A DNA stretch of 63,302 nt, the filler included, from Octopus bimaculoides (taxonomy: Eukaryota): NCBI RefSeq assembly GCF_001194135.2. It is 6 parts of 5 records of this genome, joined end to end, with 100 filler letters (N's around TTAATTAATTAA, not from the genome) between each part and the next. Parts side by side here need not be neighbours in the genome. Positions count along the whole stretch, not along the records: positions 1 to 14,041 come from NC_068988.1; positions 14,142 to 31,999 come from NC_068982.1; 4 more parts are not named here. The stretch is one strand, 5' to 3'. Every line of letters starts with the position of its first letter. The stretch's first letter is position 1. Under the pieces are notes generated by a model. The model had not been told where the DNA came from. It worked only from the letters and a program-made list of their open reading frames with translations, and did not search any database. This document shows positions 13,695 to 26,599 of this stretch, in pieces. The position numbers and the translations under genes are program-made.

Positions 13695-14815
13695 CATATA
13701 TATATATATAGAAATGCAGAGACGCCTATAATAGGACATCTATTCGCTAGAAATAGCAGCAAAAATACTACATACCACAAAAGTTTTTGTATTTGCTGCC
13801 GATTAGGTAAACCGTAAATACGCGGTATATTTTGAAAAATTAGACATAAAAACACGAACCATGCTGCGTACTGATTCGTGCTTCATATGTTGTCTGGTCA
13901 ATTCTGCTGACGAAAGTCTGACCTTGTAAGATATAATCTTTATCTTACTAAAATTGACTTGAAACCATGGTACAGAATATAGATTGGTAAAAGTTTTTAT
14001 TTTTCATTTCCTTTCGAAATTATCCCTAACTTATGTGGTATNNNNNNNNNNNNNNNNNNNNNNNNNNNNNNNNNNNNNNNNNNNNTTAATTAATTAANNN
14101 NNNNNNNNNNNNNNNNNNNNNNNNNNNNNNNNNNNNNNNNNTATACATATAAATTGTTCCTTAAAGCAATATTTGTTAGATTTTACTTCATACATTTGAC
14201 CATTCATTTATAATCTATGTATAAGATATAATGGATTTAAAGTTATACGTTCTATCATTTACATCTACGTATATATTGGCACCACATGAAAATTTATATC
14301 ATGCTGAACAATACAACTGCAAAAAGCATATTAGACAGTACAACAAATATACATTAAAGAACAACAAATTTGACTTTTACTATAATAAACACTGAAAGCA
14401 AATATTCTAAACAGTTACATATAAAATACCAATTACACATAAATTAAAAAAAAAAACTAATTGCAGGACAGAAAGTCATTAAACATATAATACAAAGCAA
14501 CACTGCGAAGAAAACTAGTTACAAACATATAAAGCAAAACAAAGCTCTGCCCATCAACTATAGCACACAATCAAGTTTTGAATAACATAAAATAAAGCTT
14601 TTATATATAATAATTAAGTTTACAATGACCATAGAAACTAATCAACTGTGTATCAATATTACTTGCTAAATTTTAATTAGGACAGTAAGCTATAATGGCA
14701 ATTAATATAGTTTAATTTTTCATTACTTTACAACATTAATTGATGTTTATATTTCTAAACATGTACATATTCATACAAGAACATGCAGATATATATATAT
14801 ATATATATATATAGA

Positions 14816-15024
14816 TAGGGTGACCTTAAAGTCTGAATGGATCTACTCAAATTGAGAGAACTGTAGAGTTACTGCATCAGGTTCATGTGAATCTCACAAA
14901 GCACACCAAACGTTGCATCACTAGTAATGAAAAACCATGTTGAAAATGTTATTTATTAATGTAGTTGAATAAGATTATTGAAAATATGTATTTTTGTGTA
15001 ACTATCCAGACTTTATAGTCACCC

Positions 15025-15026
<2 letters not shown>
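14816..15026. mobile_element. Tc1/mariner-type MITE (CAGGGTG-type TIR)
   Basis: Left tagggtgaccttaaagtctgaat versus reverse complement of right end cagggtgactataaagtctggat; TA on the right. Confidence 0.75.
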
Positions 15027-15059
<33 letters not shown>

Positions 15060-15123
15060 TTGTGTGCACGTGTATGTTAGTGTACTAGTATATTAAATAT
15101 GTATTTAATATACAAGTACATAA

Positions 15124-15157
<34 letters not shown>

Positions 15158-15450
15158 GTACTCACATCTTGTACATACAGTTAAATGTATGACTGCTACT
15201 GTATGACTTAGAGCTTCACATCGATTATCATTATCCAGTTAGCTTTTATCATAGTGGGTAGTCTACCACTGTACTTAGTAGTATTACTAGTTATGATATA
15301 CAAAACATATGTAGGGAAAAATCGTGATAAAGACAACAATAAATTATTTGTTCCTACACACGTTTCACCACTGTAGTTATTTGGAACTCAGCATTGGATG
15401 TTTCAAGTGCATTTGGCTGCCTAACCACAATGGATCATCAGGGGAACACT

Positions 15451-15486
15451 TTACTGCATTCTATCACACAGATCTAATATAGATCT
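15451..15486 (-). CDS. Possible terminal coding exon (RSILDLCDRMQ*)
   Basis: ttcctgcttcacag| acceptor in phase 0, 158 nt below the previous donor; no homology support. Confidence 0.25.
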   Translation of the reverse strand, partial: RSILDLCDRMQ

Positions 15487-15644
15487 CTGTGAAGCAGGAA
15501 CTAATAATTTATACCCATATTTATCTTAATTTCCTCCTGTATGATGTTTTGAAATTAATTTATGTCTTTTATTTAGCAAATAAATCAGTATTTAAACTGT
15601 TTACATTATATTTCAAATATGGAGAATAGAAAATTCAACCCTAC

Positions 15645-15719
15645 CTCAATAATATGTCGTGTTTCATCAGTAGTAAAAACTGTCTTCGACTGTTTGATAT
15701 TTTCAACTTCTTTTCTTGC
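15645..15719 (-). CDS. Exon completing the IQ motif (ARKEVENIKQSKTVFTTDETRHIIE)
   Basis: cataaag| acceptor, GAG|gtaggg donor, phase 0-0; supplies the terminal R of IQxxxRGxxxR. Confidence 0.87.
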
Positions 15720-16943
15720 CTTTATGTGCATAAATAAAATGATAAATATTATAAAATATTTAAACTTTCAAGTTTCTTTTTATACATATAAAAGTAATAA
15801 CAGAAGAACCTTTTATGAAGTAGTTCAATCAAAATCAAATCATTCTTAAGCTCATGGTACACTTTGTAAAGTGGTTGGTGTGAAAAAGGGCATCCAGTTA
15901 TAAAAAAAACATGCTAAAGTGGATATTGGAGCATGACTCACTCCTCCAACTCATTCAGTCTCGTCAAAATAATCCAGTTCATTCCAGCATGGAAGATAGA
16001 TATTAACTAATAATAAAGATCTTTACACTATAATGTAATTTGTAAAATCAGAGATATATGCATATATTTTTTGCTATTGGATGAAAATAAACTAAGCGAT
16101 ACAAAATGTCTCACTATCAATGAGTTTATAATGTAGCTGACCATGCATCATTTAAGACTCATGGTAAGCTACATTCAAGACTGCCAAATTTAAACTACTG
16201 AAGTGAGATCTAATTTCATGGTGTGTTTGGGATATACATCAGAGGTTTTAATTAGAAAATGCTCAATGAGATGAAGAATATCTAGTCCTCCAACTTCTCC
16301 AGATATCTTAAGAAGAGAATCCTTATGACAGCAATGAAAAAACAGTCCTCTTTTTGCAGGCATGAAACTTAGAATCTTACTAGGTCTATAGCCAATCCCT
16401 CAACGGATAAAACACAATGGATGCTGACCTATGAGAGTTACAGCAACAATTATTTGCTGTAAGAAAGGCTGTGAAACATTAATAACAACAACATATCAAT
16501 ACATAAAAATTATTCTAAAAAATCACTGGAATAAAATTTGTTTTATTCCTGAGCTTTTAGCTGACTCCAATGAAAAATAAACATTTCTAAATACTATTTC
16601 AGGTTGAGAAAAAAAGATTCCAAGACTTCATTTTAAGTATGTTTAAGCAAGATTTTTGCTACCTTTTACACGTAAAATATTTACTTAAAAATAAAAGAGA
16701 TTTTTATGAACACTTGACATGTTATAGGGATATTAATACTACTATGTGCTTATCAGAAACATTGATAAATAGATTTTTTTTTAAATTGTTTGCTCTAAAT
16801 GCCTTTATTCTTTCCATACATGTTAAGATAGAAAATAAAATATTTGAGAATATTTTTGGAGTACATATCATTAAAATGAAAATATTTAATTAAAGAGCGG
16901 GTAAATTGCTTTTAAGAAGAAATAGGAAGAAATTCTGCTTTAC

Positions 16944-17023
16944 CTTGAAACCTCTGTAGGCAGCTTGTATTGTCACAGCAGCCTGTTCAACAATGTCTTC
17001 CTCTTCAGATAGATCAGCAAATT
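16944..17023 (-). CDS. Exon with first part of IQ motif (EFADLSEEEDIVEQAAVTIQAAYRGFK)
   Basis: ttttag| acceptor, AAG|gtaaag donor, phase 1-0; IQxxxRG pattern. Confidence 0.9.
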
Positions 17024-17434
17024 CTAAAATTAAAAATTAAAAACAAAATGCAATGAAAAACGGAAATTGTTCCCATTCCATTTAAAATTAAATTGATGTA
17101 TTACTAAATCATAATAGTTATTCTTTATTTATCATAAAAATACTATTTCTAAAGATATTTATATTTCCAAAATTAAACCAATATTAGCATAGAATCAAAC
17201 TGGAAATGACTATCAAAAAATAAAATTTAGCAGAAAATAGAATTTGCTTCATTAATATTCCTAGTATATAAAAAACTATAAAAATGAAATATAAAATTTC
17301 CTTAGTGTAAGCTATAACTATGAAAATATAACCCTTAAAGTTTAGTAGAAGTTTTTAGTCCTAATCATGATAATTGTTTCTAATATAAGCACAAGATCTG
17401 AAATTTGGAGGGGGTAGGTACTTGATTACATTAA

Positions 17435-17740
17435 CTGGTGGCTTAGTGGTTAGGGCATTCGGCTCATGATCGTGAGGTCATGAGTTCGATTCCCGGCGAC
17501 GTGTTGTGTCCTTGAGCAAGACACTTTATTTCATGTTGCTCCAGTTCACTCAGCTGGCAAAAATGAGTAGTACCTGTATTTCAAAGGTTCGGCCTTGTCA
17601 CACTGAGTCACCCTGAGAATTACATTAGGGGTACACGTGTCTGTGGATTGCTCAGTCACTTGCACGTTAATTTCATGAGCAGGCTGTTCTGTTGATTGTA
17701 TCAGCTGGGACCCTTGTCATCGTAATTGACAGAGTGCTTC
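17435..17740 (+). mobile_element. tRNA-derived SINE family C
   Basis: A-box-like tggcttagtgg, B-box-like gagttcgattccc, and gtgtccttgagcaagacact core; diverged copy at about 28425-28690. Confidence 0.82.
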
Positions 17741-17919
17741 TTTTTTAAAGCAACCCAAAAATGCTGAAAGGCTAAGAATGCAAAGAGCCAGAAGAAATGC
17801 TGCTATGCAATTTGTTTGACAGGCAAACAATTCTGCCAGATCATTGCCTTAGTTCTAATCAAATTAATATATGTAAAAAATATGATGCAAGCAAGATTAA
17901 ACAATTTAAACTAAATTAC

Positions 17920-18217
17920 CTAAAACATCAAGTACGCATGATGATACAATTTCTCCATAGTCATTAGAAGCTTTAACAGTGTATGTTCCAGCATCTTCTG
18001 GAAATACTTCAGGAATCATCAGAGTAGATTCATTAGCACCTGGTATTACATGATACATCTCTCCATCTTCAATAGGGATGTTGTTATAAAACCATGTAAT
18101 ATTTGGAATTGGCTGACCTCTGTATTTGCATACGAAAGACACAGATCCACCTTCTTCAACTGTTTGATCAATTAGAGAAATTTCAAAAATAGGAGCCATA
18201 TCGCCAGGTTGTTTGAC
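17920..18217 (-). CDS. I-set Ig domain 2 (VKQPGDMAPIFEISLIDQTVEEGGSVSFVCKYRGQPIPNITWF...EDAGTYTVKASNDYGEIVSSCVLDVL)
   Basis: tatttcag| acceptor, G|gtaatt donor, phase 0-1; complete I-set signature; overlaps ORF 17906..18199. Confidence 0.96.
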
Positions 18218-18334
18218 CTGAAATAGAAATTAAAAATAACTTTTATTATAATGGTCATTAATTCAGAATAAAAAATTTTACAAAACATAAAATGTATTTC
18301 ATTTACACTATCTTAATTTTATTTAACAACTATT

Positions 18335-18728
18335 ACTCTTTTGCTCTTTTGCTTGTTTCAGTCATTTGACTGCGGCCATGCTGGAGCACCGCCTTTAGTC
18401 GAGACAATCGACCCCAGGACTTATTCTTTGTAAGCCTAGTACTTATTCTTTCGGTCTCTTTTTGCCGAACCGCTAAGTTACGGGGACGTAAACACACCAG
18501 CATCGGTTGTCAAGCGATGGTGGGGGGGACAAACACAGACACACACATATATATATATATACATATATACAATGGGCTTCTTTCAGTTTCCGTCTACCAA
18601 ATCCACTCACAAGGCTTTGGTCGGCCCGAGGCTATAGTAGAAGACACTTGCCCAAGGTGCCACGCAGAGGGATTGAACCCGGAACCATGTGGTTGGTAAG
18701 CAAGCTGCTTACCACACAGCCACTCCTG
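18335..18728 (-). mobile_element. SINE family A, full length, intronic
   Basis: Complete head, core, (TA)n and tail. Confidence 0.92.
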
Positions 18729-19504
18729 TATCTTATTAGCACAAGCTCCTCCAACAATCTGAAATTACCATATATCTTATGAGAATATTCTATCAATTGC
18801 TTCTTCTTAAACACAGAATCTACAAGAAGCTATAAGAAAAGAAATTTTCCCAGATCTAATGAAATAACCCCTAAAAGTTTTTACATCTCTTCTCTCTTTT
18901 TATATTTTACAGATTATAATTTTACAGATATTTTATGTGGATAATTCCATATTGCTGGAGGAACTGATTTGACAGGAAGAACCACTCTCTCAAAAGAAAA
19001 TGCTGGCTATTTTCAGTAAACTGCTTGAGTAATTGTTCATACATGACATCTTATTCTCTACTGAATTCTAAAAGTTGAGAAGAATGTGGATAAACAGAGA
19101 GATCTGAATCTACAACGTACTGAGTAAGCCAGCTTTCCCTTTCTCTGCTTTAATCACCACTAAAATCACTGGATATACCAAAGGACTGCAGACTGGTTAC
19201 AACATATCCAGACTGCCAAACTGCACTCCACAAATCTAACCACTGTGGGGAAAGTGTGTACCAAGGTCCAAGACAAGATTGAAAACTAGCACACCCAGTC
19301 TCAGCCTTAAGTGATCAATATAAAATTTCTACTTAGACCAAAATGGTTACAACAAAAGCATGGTTACAATAAGGTGGTTTGTAATATAGAATATTAACTG
19401 TTGTTTCCTTTCATACATGTAAATAAGTATAATACAAATAAGATATGAATGCTTTAAGTATTTTAAAATTATATAATTGGCGTTATGAATTATTAAATAC
19501 AAAC

Positions 19505-19541
19505 CTCGATTGTAATTCCAGAATCCTTCTCTTTCACCTCA
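19505..19541 (-). CDS. 37-nt micro-exon (IEVKEKDSGITIE)
   Basis: ttttctag| acceptor, GAG|gtttgt donor, phase 2-0; restores the frame into the next Ig exon. Confidence 0.8.
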
Positions 19542-20109
19542 CTAGAAAAAATTATATAAGGTTTTACAATAACTAGCAAATTTTTATGAAAATTAAAGAA
19601 GAAACAGAAAAAGAAGCAAATCAGTATCAGTTATATACTGGAGATGAATCAAGCATACATTTCTATGATACTTAAAATTTTTCCCTAGCAAAATAAAAAA
19701 TATATTCAAAATATAAGAATAACACATATTCAGAATAACAAAATAAAAAATTAGAGAATATGTAAAATAGTTTAAAGCATTAGAGTGAGTAGTGGCTTCT
19801 GTAGCCTTTTAAAAACAATTAGCTATAACTGATAAAATAATTACAATAAAAATTTAATTTGATCAATAGAATTTATCTATTGAATTTTCATCATTATTCT
19901 TCATTATTGGTCTATTACATATCAACTATATACTTTATGAAATTAAATTATATTTTCCAAAGGTAAAAGAAATAATACCAGATGAATTTCTTTTCTTATT
20001 ACTATTTGTAAACCAATTTAGACAAAAAAGTTTTTTTTTGAAGTTTTTGAAATGCAGTGAGATAGCACAATATGTGGTTGAATATTTCTCCTAAATTGTG
20101 CTATAAAAG

Positions 20110-20800
20110 TTCATCCTCCCTCATTGAAAAGTTGTACAAACTGTCAATGGCAGCTAACTAAAGTGAGATGGCAGCCACACACGTCCAGCCCTGTTAAAAA
20201 TACTCCTGATGCATTGGGTAATATGATATGCTTGAGAAGACTAGTTGAGTCAAGTAAAACCAATATTGTAGCTGGCTCCTGTGCCAATGGCATATCAAAG
20301 GCACCATCTGAACATGGTCGAAGCCAGGTCTGCCTGACTGGCTACTGTGCTGGTGGCATGTAAAAAACACCAACCAATCGTGACTGATGCCAGNNNNNNN
20401 NNNNNNNNNCCACTGACTGGCTCCTGTGCTGGTGGCACTTAAAAAGCACTATCTAAACGCGTTCATTGCCAGGCCCACCTTACTGGCTCTGGTGCCAGTG
20501 GCATGTAATAGGCACCAACCAATCGTGACCAATGCCAGTACCTCTATACTGGTTCCTGTGCCAGTGGCACATAAAAAGCACCTTCTGAACTTGATCATTG
20601 CCAGGCCTGCCTTACTGGCTCCTGTGCTGGTGGCACATAAAAAGCACCCACTTACATTCTTGGAGTGGTTGGCGTTAGGAAGAGCATCCAACTGTAGAAA
20701 CTCTGCCAGACCAGACAGGAGCCTGGTGCAGCCAACAGCTCTCCAGACCTCAGTCAAACCATCCAACCCATGCCAGCATGGAAAACGGACGTTACTCGAC
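20110..20800 (+). mobile_element. RTE-type LINE 3' end / derived SINE with internal 66-bp tandem repeats
   Basis: Tail gcgttaggaagagcatcca...ccatgccagcatggaaaacggacgtt also seen at about 28075-28290 and 15868-16005. Confidence 0.65.
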
Positions 20801-21127
20801 GAGGAAGCTGCTGCATTTCTCAAGTTTTATACACCTTTTATGATATGTGGAGAAAAGCACAATAGTAAAAACTAACATTCCTATGCAAGGAGAGAAAATG
20901 AACTTGTCATTGCTATTAATGAAGATGATGAGGAGGAAGATAATAATGACAATGGTGATGATGATGAGATCTTATTAATACATAAAAATGATTAAAAATA
21001 ATGTGTAGTAAAGCTTATTATCAAAGTATACTCTAAGACAGTTTTTAAAGGATATTTTCACCTTCATACTTTTAGAATAGTTTTTATCAAATTGATAAAG
21101 GAATAAAAATAGAGAAACAATACTTAC

Positions 21128-21161
21128 ATGAATTCAGAAGCTTCATCCAATTCTATTTCTT
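21128..21161 (-). CDS. 34-nt micro-exon (EEIELDEASEF)
   Basis: tttgcag| acceptor, AT|gtaagt donor, phase 1-2, frame-compatible. Confidence 0.82.
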
Positions 21162-21878
21162 CTGCAAATAAAATATAGATAATTAAATGCTAAAAATGTT
21201 TTGTTTTTGAATTGTAAAAAACAAATTTCACCAAAATATTCAATGATAAGGGAAGTAAAATGTCAGAAACAATAAGGTGTGTACTTTCATATTTCTGCAT
21301 CGTTAAGTAATATCTCACCCTGATAAACATTATTTTTAATCTTCCAGGAGTAAGATAGACTAAATTAATTCCCATAATACATTGGTATTGATTCAATGAA
21401 ATGAACATTACATCCCTAGAATTGGCTATGGCCAATAAAAATCAAACGTTTTAAAGGACATAAGCTAAAAATTTTGAAAACTCTTTTAGTGGATCTTCAT
21501 AAACAATTTAATGATTCTCACAATCATTATTCAAATATATAAATTTGTCGACAAAGTTTTTATAAATTGACATAAAATATTATGAGTTTTACATCACACC
21601 ATAACTTTCAGAAAATAAATTCTTTAAATCAGTATGTATTGGTTTCAACCAAGTAGTTTATTATTATTAATTTCTCTTTTTATATTTCATTCAGCATATA
21701 ATAAAAATAATGAAGTTTAACTCTAATAATCTCGCCTTCATTTTTTTATTTGTGAAATGGAATTTTCATCTTATTTTCCCTTTCATTTTATTTTTTGTAA
21801 TTTATCTCAGTTAAGGAATGATATCTTCCAAGAGATAAAAAAAAAAATGAAAACAATTTGACACAGAAATATACATAC

Positions 21879-22077
21879 CATCATCAATTGTAAGAATAAC
21901 AGAATAAGAATCTTCTCCAACAAAGTTCTTAATAACTACAGTATATTTTCCAGCATCTTCTGGGGTAACATCATCAAGGATCATTGATATATTATAGATG
22001 TTTTCATCTTTTCTCATTTCAATGAGATAATTTTCTTCTTCTGTGTTAATCTCAATTCCATTATGGAACCATGTTAG
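21879..22077 (-). CDS. I-set Ig domain 1, C-terminal half (LTWFHNGIEI...DDVTPEDAGKYTVVIKNFVGEDSYSVILTIDD)
   Basis: ttatag| acceptor, G|gtatgt donor, phase 0-1; conserved W and D.G.Y motifs. Confidence 0.95.
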
Positions 22078-22379
22078 CTATAATTAATAAAACAAATTAT
22101 GTAATAATTTTCAACAAATGCTGTGTGTTGGTGTATCTGACGAGGAGAGATGAGCATTCGCAAGNNNNNNNNNNGGGGTAGTTGATTATAGTATTCTGCA
22201 CTATAAAGATGAGAGTTATGAAATTCTTAAATTGCAAAACAATGGGTTTGTATGAACCATAGTTCACAAACACAGAGGCATTTGTTCTCGATGATGATAA
22301 TGATGGCTGTGATTATAGCAATAACAATAATAATAATAATTATAAGATTTTGCTAGGATTTTATGACTATACAATAGAA

Positions 22380-22530
22380 GCAAAGATACCTGATATGACC
22401 ATGGAGGACAGACAGAAGAGTGTAAGATCATTGATTTTGCAATATCATATGATAGTAGAGGGGCTATCATGGAACCTGAGAAAATTGAAAAATGTTAGAA
22501 TCTAACAAGGGAGATGAATTAAGTAGAGAG
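22380..22530 (+). mobile_element. Decayed R4/Dong-like endonuclease fragment
   Basis: IPDM... / KIIDFAISYDSR...EPEKIEKC*NLTRE; preceded by AAT repeats. Confidence 0.55.
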
Positions 22531-22599
22531 GAAGATATTATATTGTCAAGTGCTACAAGTGCCAAGAAGATGCCCTGAGAGGGCTATCTGCACATATTT

Positions 22600-23480
22600 C
22601 AGATGAAAGCCCAAGACTTCAAATTACTGCAACGATTTTAACAAAGCTAATTCGGGATAATGTTAGCCTGAAAAACACAGAATAATAGGTGAAAATATTT
22701 CTATGAGATAAATTTTTAGCCAAGATCCAAAACACAGCATGTTGCTATTGTTGATAAGAACACATCTGACACAGTCTCTCATTCTGAAATTTGGAGTGTG
22801 CTTAAAAAATGAGACAAAGCTGAATTTATTGTGGAAATTGTTTAAGGCATATATTAGGATATTGTTAACAAGACTAAAGTTAGAAAATAGTCTTGATTTT
22901 AGTGATTCAATAAGATTTTTGCTCATCCCCTTTCTATTCATATTTTCTTGGCTGCTTATAATACGAGAATTTAGGACTGGATGGCCTAGTGAATATTTGT
23001 ATGTTGTTGATTTGATTTTCAACGCAATCTCTGTTAAGGAGATGCAGAAAATTTCCAAATTTGAAAGTATTATCTAGATTCCAAAAGTATACAATAACAT
23101 GACAAAGATAAAATTGCTAGTTGGTAAAAGACAGCAGGAAATATCAGTGCCATCTGTGAAGTGGACTCACTTGATATGTAGAAAATGAGTAAGTTAGAAT
23201 TCAGTATTGTATGCTTAGAGCAAGCAACTCAGAGCCAAATACTCAATACAAGTACTATTTGTGAAATGGCCTAACTCAACATGTAGGGATACAGAAATAG
23301 GAATACAAAAATGTGCATATAATGCTAGCAATAGCTACAACATAACAGGTATAGTGAGATTCCTGGAAGTCCAACAGAAACTCAAGAGTAGTACCTGTAG
23401 GAACATTTATTAAATTGAGTCGATGAACTTGTTCTGATGATCCAGTAGTCTTAGTTAATGCTTTAAATTACTTAGGTGAC
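22600..23480 (+). mobile_element. Highly decayed RTE-like reverse-transcriptase fragment
   Basis: Residual motifs TKIKLLVGK and EVDSL among many stops and frameshifts. Confidence 0.4.
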
Positions 23481-24069
23481 CTAATTAGTATTTGAAGTGG
23501 ATGTAGTGAAAGTTCAATAGCTAGAATAAAGGCGAGAAAGAAGAAATTCTAGCAACTGCATCCTCTGTTGTCAGCAAAGGGCTTTCCTTGTACAAGCAGA
23601 AGAAATTGCACAAAACATAAGTAAAATCTGTAATGCTGCACAGTGACAGGACAGAGGTATTGAATGCAGGAGACCAAAGCAAGCTTGGGAGAAACAGAGT
23701 GTATATAATTCCAATTAAAGGTGAAGTACAAGTGATTTGAGAATTTGAGACTTTAGTTGGGCATAAAAAATGTACTCTAAAGTGTGGAGGAAAAAATGAT
23801 TGCTTGGGGGGGGGATGACAACTGACACATGTGAATAATGGATGTTAAGGGAAAAAATGTTATGTGCTCTTAATAGAGAGTATGTGACACTTCATGCAAG
23901 TGGTGTTGATATCAAATCACAAGAGACTAAACCTACAGAAGAGATGACAAAAATAAACTGATCCACGATATGCTATGCAGCAGATCATTGTGACTGATGT
24001 CAGCATGTTAAAATACTGATGATTACAAGCTATCAAAATAAAAACAAACTGAAGTAAAATTTTACTCAC

Positions 24070-24197
24070 TGAAGGAGCAGGATTTGCTTCCACGGTGTAA
24101 TCAAATTTCGCAGAGCTACCAACACTGACATTATATTCATCTTGAGGTTTACTTATGAATTTGGGTTTCTGAACCTCAGTAGAGTCAGTAATTATCA
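24070..24197 (-). CDS. I-set Ig domain 1, N-terminal half (MIITDSTEVQKPKFISKPQDEYNVSVGSSAKFDYTVEANPAPS)
   Basis: gatatag| acceptor, TCA|gtgagt donor, phase 1-0; I-set A-C strand pattern PKF...V..G..A.F...V...PAP. Confidence 0.92.
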
Positions 24198-24449
24198 CTA
24201 TATCAAAAGAAAAAATATTTTTAAATCTGTAATTTTTTAAAGCAAAGCAAATTGTTCTGAATTTATTTTTTCTAATATAAAAAGACACTTCAAGAAGAAA
24301 AAAAATTAATTATAGAGCCTTTTATACATTGCTTTTATGATAACCAAACTTTATTTTCAATACATTCACTGAATTTTGGAATACAAATTACATAAAAATT
24401 GAATTTTAATGAAACATCATCACATTTAAAATTAATTAAAGCTACTTAC

Positions 24450-24488
24450 TTGCTTCTTCTGGTGTGGAATATTGCTCAGTCTCATCAA
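24450..24488 (-). CDS. 39-nt exon of titin-like gene (VDETEQYSTPEEA)
   Basis: ctaaag| acceptor, A|gtaagt donor, phase 1-1, in frame with both neighbours. Confidence 0.82.
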
Positions 24489-26599
24489 CTTTAGAAGAGA
24501 AAATATTTATATCAAAATATATATTTCAGAAAACATGAGAGGGTGTGAGATGTGTCTGATATGTGGTATATGTGTGAAATAAATAAAATCTGATTTGGTG
24601 TATTGAAACAATTTTATGATGAAATCTAATATTTTTTAGTTATTTGATTTGCACAAACATTAGCAAATATTTGGGAAATAAAATATCTCAAAATTGAAAA
24701 TATAAACCACTGTAACTTTTAAGATTTTTAAAAGAAATATTGCAACTAATGTGACCTTATAGAAAGAAAAATATGTATTTGAAAAATCAAACTAAACTGT
24801 TTATCTGTTTTATGGGAAGAGTATGAAAGGGAAACATTTATTTAGAAAATGTTTCCAATGCCTAAGTTTATCTAAATATAGTTTAGTGTATGTATTTACA
24901 TTTTTGTGTTTTAGAAAATTTTAATGCTGATATGCACAGTAAATGCATATATTTTAATTCACTCTAAATTAAAAGTGAAAATCCACTTTCTCATTCAGAT
25001 ATCTAAGTTGAACAAAATATTTTTTCTATTTCTAAGACAACTAAGTCAGGTGACTAAAATAGCAAAATACTTCAGTTGTAGAGGATTGCACAATTCCTAG
25101 ATTATTAGAGTGTTAAATTGTTAGACCTTATTGGCAGTCCAAGTTTAACAGATCAATTAATGCAACCACTTTTGCCAGTATTACATAAAAATACAAACTT
25201 TTTCTGTGAGTTATCTTTCCTCACTTGATAAATTGATCTCTATTTCAAAACAACATCAAGAAACTTAATAACTTACTTAGATATTTATTCTCAATATTTT
25301 CTATCAAATGACTGAAATTTTCATATAATTACTTATAACAATAACACCTTCTGTAACTAAATAATTTAACCATTTTATTTGTGTGATGTTTTTGTTGTCA
25401 AAGTAAGGCTCACAAAATGACAATTCAGAAGACGCATGAATTAAACATTAAAAGCACGATTATATTCAACAAATAACATAATAATTTTATAGCAACATTT
25501 TGAAGTAACAGAGCACTGTAACATTGAGCAGCAAGCTAAATACACAGAAAGCAAAATTCATTAATGAAATAGTTGTCATCTTTGCATGGAAAAAATTCTG
25601 TAAGCAGAAAATAATTGTTAACATTAATAACAATAAGTAATTGATAGTAAAATGACAGATTAGCTGAAAAATTCATTACTTCAGTAAGTTGTTTCCCTAT
25701 GTTTGGAAAGTTTTTCTCAAATATTATATCAAACCATATTTCCTTTAACAGTTTTATATATAATGTAACAGTAATCCTATAATATGGTATTAAAGAAAAA
25801 TAAAAGCTGAATAATAGATAAAATATGTAATTAAAATTTCAGTCATTGGTGACTAAAATGTTAATGATTGTTTCATGATGATGACATAATAATGATAACA
25901 TAATGCACCTAACAAAATAACAAAAGCAGAATTTGTGAATGACAGCAAAAATATAATGAAATATTTTTCATTAGAAAGTTGTTTTTAGCCCAAAATAAGT
26001 AGGTGTCAACTTTATGAGTTATAGTGAACACCAAATCTCATGCAAGTGAGGAATATGTTCCACCAACCTGGGTTAAGTGTCAGCAATTTCAGGTTGAAGA
26101 CGAGAAAGATGAAGAAATAATCAAGATCAGAAGAACACTGTGGGAGTGAAAAGAGCTTTCAATCACAATGACTTTCACTAAGTTAGATAATGCTTATTAT
26201 ATAAAGGAAGAGATGGTAGATAACTGTAATATAGAGACAGGTAGATGTTTTGAGACAACCTGTCAAGCCTCATTGACTAATTCTATGGATAAAACATGTT
26301 CTTACATAGTACATATGTTTCTAGCAACATAACTGCTAGACAAGAACTTAGATGTGCTGGAGCGAGCAACTAATGGTATTAGTTGAACCAAAAAATGGCT
26401 TTTGACAGAGACTAATGTTCTGTAGTCTGTTAGGGTATCAGAAAACTTAGAAGTAGAAGAAAGAGTTATTTATATCAGTGAGTCAAGCCATGTACAATGA
26501 TGTTGTATGTATGATAAAGAGTGGTACAAATTTCAGTGAGGAGTTTTGTGTTCATGTCCAAATCAAACTTCTATTTATTATAGTTCTGAGATATTAAAT

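Noticed and set aside
20273-20650. CRISPR-like repeat/spacer appearance
   Set aside because: Spacers are homologous to each other, the array lies in a eukaryotic retroelement tail, and there are no cas genes.
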